From Myxococcaceae bacterium (GTDB lineage: Bacteria; Myxococcota; Myxococcia; Myxococcales; Myxococcaceae), in assembly GCA_044223505.1 (NCBI GenBank), contig JBGALX010000012.1, positions 218,174 to 279,070 on the forward strand: a stretch of 60,897 bases of DNA. Reading direction: 5' to 3'. This document shows positions 54,352 to 60,897 of this stretch, one piece after another. The notes under the pieces were generated by a model that was given only the letters and a program-made list of their open reading frames with translations, was not told the origin of the DNA and did not search any database. A program made the position numbers and the translations under genes. Numbering within the stretch: position 1 is the stretch's first letter; every line of letters begins with the position of its first letter.

Positions 54352-55161
54352 CTACGGCCCGCACCGAAAGCCGCCGTCGTCGGCGGGGCCGCAGCCGGCG
54401 TCGCAGCGGCTCGGGCATGCCACCGTGCAGCTCGACGAGGCGCCTCGTACGCGGCACGCGCTCGACGCCCTGCAGTCGACCGTCGTGTTCACGCAGTTCG
54501 GCGGGAGGAAGACGTCGCAGGTGCCGGCACTGCATACGATGGGTCGGCCTCCGCACGCGTTGACGCCGTTGCACGAGATGTTGCACGCGCCCGCGTCGCA
54601 GACGATCGGCGCCAGGGTGAACGTGCACGCGTTGGCGAGCGGGCCGCAGCTGAGGTCGCAGCGTGCTCCGCTGCAGCCGACCGGGCCGTTGCACCCGTCT
54701 TGGCTGCAGTGCAGGTCGCAGCTCGACGCTCTGCCGCAGTCGACGGTGGAGCAGCCGAAGGCACAGCCGAGGCGGCAGGCTCCGCGGCTGCACAAGACCG
54801 TGGAGCACGCGAAGGCTCCGTCGCAGAGAATCTCGCAGTCGGTCGCGGGCCCGCAGTCGACGTCGCGCCGCGAGCCACCGAAGACGAAGACGCTGCACGG
54901 CATGCCCGCGGCGCACGCGCAGCCTCCGTCCGCGCCGCACACCACCGAGCACGCGCCGCCGACGCAGCCGTTGTTGCACTCGGCTGGGCAGAAGCCCGCG
55001 TCGTAGCCGCCGTCGTAGTCGCTGCCGCCGTCGTGACCGCCGTCATCGCCGCCGTCGCGCCCCGCATCGGCGCCGGAGTCGGCGCCGCCGCCGACGCCTC
55101 CATCCGGCACCGGGCCTGGCGTACACGCCACCGACAGCAGCAGCGCGTAGAAGCCCCGCAT
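54352..55161 (-). CDS. Cys-rich lipoprotein (269 aa, about 45 Cys) with an Asp/Gly-rich linker, start-stop coupled (TGATG) to isocitrate lyase.
   Basis: [16 protein letters not shown] has lipobox SVAC. A DGG/DAG-rich linker is followed by repeated CxxxC modules. Confidence 0.65.
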   Translation of the reverse strand: MRGFYALLLSVACTPGPVPDGGVGGGADSGADAGRDGGDDGGHDGGSDYDGGYDAGFCPAECNNGCVGGACSVVCGADGGCACAAGMPCSVFVFGGSRRDVDCGPATDCEILCDGAFACSTVLCSRGACRLGCAFGCSTVDCGRASSCDLHCSQDGCNGPVGCSGARCDLSCGPLANACTFTLAPIVCDAGACNISCNGVNACGGRPIVCSAGTCDVFLPPNCVNTTVDCRASSACRVRGASSSCTVACPSRCDAGCGPADDGGFRCGP

Positions 55162-57410
55162 CACTCGGCGATGAGGGCCTCGAGCGCCTTGCGGCTGGGG
55201 TCGACGAGCTCCTTCACGCGGTCTTTCGAGACCTCGGCGACGATGATCTCGCCGACCTCGTCGGTGACCGAGCTGAACAGACCGCGCTTCTGCATCTTCT
55301 CGGTCTGCCGGTGGTTGTCGTCGGTCGGCGTCAGGTAGTGCACCGAGTCGACCTTGTACCGGTGAATGAGGAACAGCTGCGCGAGCAGCATGAGGCGCTT
55401 CTTGCGCAGCTTCGTGTCGAACGTGTTCTGGTCGCGAACGCTCAAGATGCTGCGGCCCTGCCGGTCGTGAATCGGCTCGAACACGACGTTCGCCGTCTTC
55501 TGGCCCGCCGACATGAGGCTCAGCTCGAGCACGTGCGAGCCCGCGCTGTGCGGGCGCAGGCTGACGGTGAGCTCGGCCGCGACGTCGTGCCGCTTGCGCC
55601 ACACGTCGAGCCAGTCTTTGAGCACCTTCGGCGGCAGCTCGGTCTGCAGGTGGTGCTGGAACTGCGTCGAGCCCTTGCCCATCGCCTTCGTGGTGGCGGT
55701 GCGGCCCGAGAGCGACATCAGCGCGGCGTCGGCGCGAGGCCCGCCGACCAGCGTCTGCGGCGTGCGGTACGGCGACTCGAGCAGGCGGAACTTTCGCTGC
55801 AGGCGCGCGAGCGCGAGCATGCCGTCTTGGCGGAGCGCGGTCGCGAACTCCTCGCCCGCGAGGCCGTCGATCTGGTGGCCGCCGTAGGTGATGAAGTTGA
55901 ACACGAAGCCGAGCTTGCCGAGCTCTTCGGGGAAGCGGCGCATCTGGTCGTCGGTCATGCCCGTCGTGTCCCAGTTGAACGAGGGCGACAGGTTGTAGGC
56001 GAGCATGCGGTCGGGGAAGGCCGCGTGAATCGCGTCGGCGAACACCTTCGCGTCGTGCAGATCGGCGGTCTTCGTCTCCATCCACAGCACGTCGGCGTAC
56101 GGCGCGACCGCGAGCGACTTCGCGATGGCGTAGTCCATGCCGCCGCGCACCTGGTAGTAGCCGTCGGGCGTCTTCGCGTGCTCGCAGTCCCACGTCACCG
56201 TGAGGCCGAGCGCCTTGCACTTCGCCGCGATCTGCACGAACGAGGCGGTCTTCGCGAACGCCGTCCACTCCGCCTCGGTCATCGCGAGCTTCTCGCCTTC
56301 GGCCAGCCGGAAGCGCAGCACCTCGGCCACGGCCTCACCGTAGGTCGTGACGTTCGCCTCGGCCTGCCAGACGTCGACGAACTTGTCGAAGACCTTGTCG
56401 AGCGCGGCGTCGGCGTTCGTGCGCCCGGACTTCTCGTACAGCGCCACCGCGGCGTCGTAGCCCGCAGCCAGGCCCGACTTCTGAAGCCACGCGTCGGCGG
56501 CGGCGAGCTCGGCGTCGCTGACGGCGTACAGCTGGTGCCCGGTGAGCTCGAGCAGGCCGCGGCCGTGCAGCGCGCGCAAGATGGCGAGGAACGCGACGCG
56601 GAAGGTCGGCACCTCGACGTTCGTCGCGCCGAGGATGAACGGCTGGTCGCGCTCGTCGCTGCGCCCGTCGAGCAGCGTCGCCGACTCGGCGTCGGTGCGC
56701 GCGACGATGATGCCCGGCACCTGCATGATGTCGAGCTGGAAGCGGGCCGCGCTGAGGCGACGAATCTGCTCGTCCTCGGCGACCAGCACCTTGCCGCCCT
56801 GGTGCCCGCACTTCTTCACGCCCGGCTTCTGATCTTCGATGTGGTACCCGGGCACGCCGGCCTCGACGAAGCGGCGAACCAGGTTGCGCACGTGGGCGTC
56901 GCCGCCGTGACCGGTGTCGGCGTCGGCGATGATGAACGGGCGGAAGTCGACCGCCGGGCTCGCCTGCCGCTGCTCCTCGGTCATGCGCGAGCGCGTGTGA
57001 AACTCGTTGCGGTCGGCGGCGAGCAGCGCGCGCACGATCGAGTGCGCCTCGTCGGGCACGCGGCTCAGCGGGTAGCTCGCGAGGTCCGGTCCTGGATCCT
57101 CATCGGCCGAGCCCTTCGCGCTCGTCGCCCAGCCGCCGACGTAGATGCCCTCGATGCCCATGCGCTTCATCGCGACGGCCTCGCCCGGCGAGTACGGGCC
57201 GAACGACGTCATGCACTTCTTCGTCAGGAACAGCTCGCGCAGCCGCGCGTGAAAGCCCACCGCCGCGTCACGCGCGACCGTGTGCTCGTGAGCGATGGTG
57301 CCGCGCTGCTCGACGACCTCACGCGGCGTGTAGAGCCGCCGTATTCCCTTGAAGCGCTCGGACTCGAACCACCGGCGCATCTGCGCGACCTGCTCTTCGA
57401 AGCTGGGCAT
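55161..57410 (-). CDS. aceA: Isocitrate lyase, long (about 750 aa, eukaryote/mycobacterial Icl2-like) form.
   Basis: ICL signature KKCGHQGGK. Full-length alignment-like architecture with an inserted domain, 749 aa. Confidence 0.9.
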   Translation of the reverse strand: MPSFEEQVAQMRRWFESERFKGIRRLYTPREVVEQRGTIAHEHTVARDAAVGFHARLRELFLTKKCMTSFGPYSPGEAVAMKRMGIEGIYVGGWATSAKGSADEDPGPDLASYPLSRVPDEAHSIVRALLAADRNEFHTRSRMTEEQRQASPAVDFRPFIIADADTGHGGDAHVRNLVRRFVEAGVPGYHIEDQKPGVKKCGHQGGKVLVAEDEQIRRLSAARFQLDIMQVPGIIVARTDAESATLLDGRSDERDQPFILGATNVEVPTFRVAFLAILRALHGRGLLELTGHQLYAVSDAELAAADAWLQKSGLAAGYDAAVALYEKSGRTNADAALDKVFDKFVDVWQAEANVTTYGEAVAEVLRFRLAEGEKLAMTEAEWTAFAKTASFVQIAAKCKALGLTVTWDCEHAKTPDGYYQVRGGMDYAIAKSLAVAPYADVLWMETKTADLHDAKVFADAIHAAFPDRMLAYNLSPSFNWDTTGMTDDQMRRFPEELGKLGFVFNFITYGGHQIDGLAGEEFATALRQDGMLALARLQRKFRLLESPYRTPQTLVGGPRADAALMSLSGRTATTKAMGKGSTQFQHHLQTELPPKVLKDWLDVWRKRHDVAAELTVSLRPHSAGSHVLELSLMSAGQKTANVVFEPIHDRQGRSILSVRDQNTFDTKLRKKRLMLLAQLFLIHRYKVDSVHYLTPTDDNHRQTEKMQKRGLFSSVTDEVGEIIVAEVSKDRVKELVDPSRKALEALIAE

Positions 57411-57470
57411 GGCGGCGCATGGTAGCGAAAGCGCCCCCGTCGCGTTCGTCAGAATGCACGCGCAAAAATT

Positions 57471-60400
57471 TCAGCTCCGCGCGTTCTTCCGGCGCTGCCA
57501 GACCTTCCACCGCCAGGGCTCGGCGACGACGGCGAAGCCGATGAGCACCAGCACCAACGGCAGCAAGCCCTCGACGAAGACCTTCACGCTGAGCTGCGCG
57601 CCCGCGGCCCTCACCGCTTCGGTCAGCCACCCGTACTTGCCGTACTCAACGAACGCGACGCCGAGCCCGAGGCCGAAGCCGCCGATCAGCGCGGCGACCC
57701 AGCGCACCCACGACCGCTGAATGATGAGCAGGTACAACGTGAGCCAGGCCGCGGGCACGACCCAGAACGCGAGCGCCCAGCCCCACTTCACGGCCTCGCC
57801 CGGCGGCCAGATGAAGTCGCTCATCGGCACGCTCGCGACGAGAATCACCCCGCTCGCCAGCATCGCCGCGTTCATGACCGTTCTCGCCTTGCTCGTCGCC
57901 GCGAACGCGTAGACGAAGAACGTCGCCCAGCGCACCGCGGCGAAGACGGGCGACATCGCCTTCGCCATGCCCAGGGGCATCGCGCGGTCGGCCACCGGCG
58001 CCAGCACGTTCTGCATCACCAGCGCGGCGTGCGTCGCGAGCCGCAAGAGCACCACCGGAGGCACGTCTTTCGTGAGCGACTCCTCGCCGACCTTGTAGTC
58101 GGCGAAGCGAATCGGCACCGGCGTCAGCTGCGGCTGCTCGTCGCGCTCGAACGCGACGGCGAGCTGGCGAATCTGCGTCGCCGACCACGCGGCCACGTGC
58201 GCGTCGAGCCCGTCTTGCGCCGGAGGCACCGTGCCCCACTCGGCGCCCTGAACGACGGCGTCGTAGAGCACGTTGCGGAGCTCCTTCTCGATGATGTCGG
58301 CCTGCGCCAGCTTCGCGAGCGCCTCGTGCACCTTCGACTTCTTGTCGAGCAGCACCTCGCTCGCGGCCTTGCGGTCGGCGCCGAGCCGCTCGACCCACGC
58401 CTTCAGCGTCTGCACCTCGTCGGTCAGCGGGCTCTTGCCGTAGAGCTCGTCGACGAGCTTCAGCAGCTCGGTCTTGCTCGTGTGCGCGCGGCCGACGGCG
58501 TGGGCGCTCAGCAGCTCCTGAATGAGCAGCGTGGTCGAGTCGAGGCGGCCCCACATGATGTCGTTCGAGCGCCACGAGCGCTTCATGAACGCGCCGAAGT
58601 GGCCCAGCGCCTCGCCCGTCACCTTGTCGTAGGCGGCGCGCTTGCAGAAGCCGAGCTGCGCGTCCTGCGGGCTGATGCGCAGCGTGTCGATGGGGTCCTT
58701 CTGGTCGAGGCGGGCGAGCGTCTCGATGGGGTACGTCAGCTCGTCGAGCAGCTCGAACTGCTGGTAGCTCGGCTCGCCGCAGCTCACGTGCTGGTCGATC
58801 TGGTCGAGCAGCCCGGGCTTCCCCGCGGGCGGCGTCGAGCCTCTGTCGGCGTTCTGCTTCAACCGGCTCACGAGCAGCTTGTGGAGCTCGGAGGGACTGT
58901 CGAGCAGCTCCTTCGGGACCTCCGAGAAGAGAAACGAGAGCCGCTCGTAGTAGCGCTTCCACACGTCGGGGCCGTCGAGAAAGGCCTTGCCGAAGAGCTC
59001 GCGCCACTCGCTGTCCGTCCACCCGACGATCTTGAGCAGGTGGAGCTGCGCGTTCAGCTTCGGCAGCAGCGCACGAATCTGCGCCGCGCGCTCGGGGCTC
59101 GGCCGCGGCTCGCGCGTGTAGAGCTCGTCGTACAGCGCGTACACGGTGTGAAAGAGCCGCCGCTTCCGGAAGCCGACGTCGAAGTCGTGGAGGAACTGCT
59201 CGGTCACAGCAGTCTTCGTCGTATCGCGCACCTCCCTCGCGAGCGCCTCGAGCGTCGTGCGCTCGGCGTCGAGCGGCCTGCCGTCGGCGTCGCGGCGCGC
59301 GCGCGCGTAGCCCTGCCGCGCGCCGATGACCTCGGACAACAGCTCCTCCGAGTAGCCGATGGTGCGGGCGCGCAGGTAGAACTCGGTGCGGAACTTCGGC
59401 GACTGCTTCGGCAGGTCGAGCTTCGCGAGGTTGCGAACCAGCTCCTGGTAGCTCGCGACGCGGGCGTTGTGGTCGGCGAGGTTCTGCAGGTCGTCGGCGA
59501 TGGTCTCGTAGCCGGGCAGCGTGCTCAGGGCGGCGACGACGACCTCTCCGAAGTCGGGCACCTTGTTCACCACGGGCTCGAAGTTCTCGGGGTCGGGCTC
59601 GCAGAAGACGAGCTTGCGGTCGACCTCGCGCTCGGTGGTGCGCGCGTAGATGGCGTTGAGCGTGTGCGTGAAGGGCTTGTTGTCGATGACGCCGCCGTCG
59701 ACGAGCACGAAGTCGTGCGGGCTCTTCGAGGCCGACCAGTCGTGCAGGTAGTGGTGCCACGCCGTGCGCGTCGAGCTCGCCGCCCGCTCGTCGGCCGGCA
59801 CCAGCACCGGCTCGAACGCGCCCGGGAACGTCGCCGTCGCGCGGCACACGGTCGCGAGCGCCTTGCGCCACTCGGGGTCGTCCGGCTTGCCCGCGGGCGG
59901 CCTGAGGTCGCTGATGTCGCGGCCGCTGCGGAACTTCAGCTGGAACACGCGGCGGTGGTCTTTCACCTCGATGACGTCGGCGAGGTCGTCGAGCACGAAG
60001 CCGAGCTGCCCGTGAAAGTCGGTCGCGGTCACGAACAGGTCGATGGCGTCGACGGGGTCGCCCTTCGACTCTCTGTTCGGCTTCTCGAGCATCGCCTTCA
60101 GCGCCTCCTCGAGCCGCTTCTGGAAGTAGCCCTCACCGTCGAGCAGCGACGGAGGCTTCGCCTCGCCGATGCTGCGCATCAGCTTCTCGAGGTCGCCCTG
60201 CTCGCGCCACAGCTGCGCGAGGCCGTCGAGCTCGAGGTTGTTCGCGAGCGCGAACGCGAGCAGCACGCCGTTGATGCCGCCCGCCGACGTGCCCGAGATG
60301 ATGTCGACCTTCAGGTCCGACCCGATGAGCGCCCGCAGGAGCTTGTAGACCCCGCGGCCGTGCACCGCGTCGAACAGCTCGCGGACGACGCCTCCGATGT

Positions 60401-60488
60401 ACACGGCGAGCGAGACTCCGCCGTAGAGAACGACGCCCAGACGGACTTCGCGATCGAACCCCGGCGTCTCGTTTTGAGTGGCCCCCAT
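57471..60488 (-). CDS. Large patatin-like phospholipase (about 1005 aa) with a DUF3376-like middle region and C-terminal TM helices.
   Basis: Internal ATG at 60488. Oxyanion motif GGVSLAVYIGG, GxSxG lipase motif GTSAGG, catalytic Asp in VLVDGGVIDN. Three or four hydrophobic helices in the last 150 aa. Confidence 0.8.
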   Translation of the reverse strand: MGATQNETPGFDREVRLGVVLYGGVSLAVYIGGVVRELFDAVHGRGVYKLLRALIGSDLKVDIISGTSAGGINGVLLAFALANNLELDGLAQLWREQGDLEKLMRSIGEAKPPSLLDGEGYFQKRLEEALKAMLEKPNRESKGDPVDAIDLFVTATDFHGQLGFVLDDLADVIEVKDHRRVFQLKFRSGRDISDLRPPAGKPDDPEWRKALATVCRATATFPGAFEPVLVPADERAASSTRTAWHHYLHDWSASKSPHDFVLVDGGVIDNKPFTHTLNAIYARTTEREVDRKLVFCEPDPENFEPVVNKVPDFGEVVVAALSTLPGYETIADDLQNLADHNARVASYQELVRNLAKLDLPKQSPKFRTEFYLRARTIGYSEELLSEVIGARQGYARARRDADGRPLDAERTTLEALAREVRDTTKTAVTEQFLHDFDVGFRKRRLFHTVYALYDELYTREPRPSPERAAQIRALLPKLNAQLHLLKIVGWTDSEWRELFGKAFLDGPDVWKRYYERLSFLFSEVPKELLDSPSELHKLLVSRLKQNADRGSTPPAGKPGLLDQIDQHVSCGEPSYQQFELLDELTYPIETLARLDQKDPIDTLRISPQDAQLGFCKRAAYDKVTGEALGHFGAFMKRSWRSNDIMWGRLDSTTLLIQELLSAHAVGRAHTSKTELLKLVDELYGKSPLTDEVQTLKAWVERLGADRKAASEVLLDKKSKVHEALAKLAQADIIEKELRNVLYDAVVQGAEWGTVPPAQDGLDAHVAAWSATQIRQLAVAFERDEQPQLTPVPIRFADYKVGEESLTKDVPPVVLLRLATHAALVMQNVLAPVADRAMPLGMAKAMSPVFAAVRWATFFVYAFAATSKARTVMNAAMLASGVILVASVPMSDFIWPPGEAVKWGWALAFWVVPAAWLTLYLLIIQRSWVRWVAALIGGFGLGLGVAFVEYGKYGWLTEAVRAAGAQLSVKVFVEGLLPLVLVLIGFAVVAEPWRWKVWQRRKNARS

Positions 60489-60642
60489 GAGCGCGAGCGT
60501 AGCCACGCACTCCGTGACAGTCGTGAGAAATGAGATTGTCGCGACTGCGGCGCCGCGGTGGCGCTTGTCGCCAGCCACGGTGACCGATTTCGTCAGCGGA
60601 ACGAAATCTGCACACCGTGTACGCCGCGCGGGGTCAGGGGCG

Positions 60643-60897
60643 CATGCGCGCCCTCACGCTCGCGGCCCTCATTGCGGGCTGCACCGGTCCACGACCCGAA
60701 CCGAAGTCCGCTCCCGCGACCCTCGACCCCGCAGCCGTGAGGCGGCAGGTGCAGCGTGCGTTTCGCTCCACGGCGTCGGGCGCCGAGCTCGTTCAGCCGT
60801 CGTTTCGCGTCGCGGTCGACGCCCGCACCGGAGCGAAGACGCTGAGCGCCCACGCCGGCGCCGAGACCGCGCGCTGGCGCTGGGGCGCGCCCGAGCT
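60643..60897 (+). CDS. Partial CDS (N-terminal 85 aa) of a lipoprotein running off the right edge.
   Basis: ATG at 60643 preceded by AGGGG. MRALTLAALIAGCTGPRPEP has lipobox IAGC. It is open to the window end and absent from the ORF track because it lacks a stop. Confidence 0.4.

Overview
This 60.9-kb window is about 71-72% GC and densely coding. Its gene content points to a Myxococcota (myxobacterial) chromosome: a Ser/Thr kinase next to PEGA-domain proteins, many Cys-rich lipoproteins, sigma-54 enhancer-binding proteins, a DUF1592/DUF1552 pair, and frequent GTG starts that overlap the upstream TGA stop. Most of the long Arg-rich ORFs in the six-frame track are antisense or alternate-frame artefacts of the GC bias. 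I used the ORF-track coordinates for gene ends and placed starts by counting residues to the first plausible signal-peptide or domain start. Main content, left to right:
- An ABC exporter and three secreted FN3 / outer-membrane proteins.
- A Ser/Thr kinase - PEGA - lipoprotein - Cys-rich lipoprotein module.
- An FHA-like sigma-54 activator.
- A roughly 10-kb minus-strand operon encoding a complete mannose-family PTS (IIA, IIB, IIC, IID, HPr, EI). It is interrupted by three non-PTS genes and ends in a PAS hybrid histidine kinase and a lipoprotein, each start-stop coupled to the gene before it.
- A DsbA/FrnE-like gene whose first CxxC cysteine codon is TGA, followed by a SECIS-like hairpin (candidate selenoprotein).
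- A lipoprotein with four YegP/DUF1508 repeats, with a sigma-54-like promoter and a divergent GAF-sigma-54 activator.
- An OtsA-like trehalose-6-P synthase with an N-terminal transmembrane sensor-like extension, divergent from a B12-binding radical SAM gene.
- A three-gene unit: a small zinc-ribbon/TM/Cys-rich protein, a radical SAM/SPASM enzyme and a 7TM ceramidase-like hydrolase (candidate peptide-modification system).
- A DUF1592 - DUF1552 - lipoprotein operon, a TetR/di-iron/HxlR/CMD cluster, a long-form isocitrate lyase and a roughly 1000-aa patatin-like phospholipase.
No rRNA, tRNA, CRISPR array or transposase was recognised.
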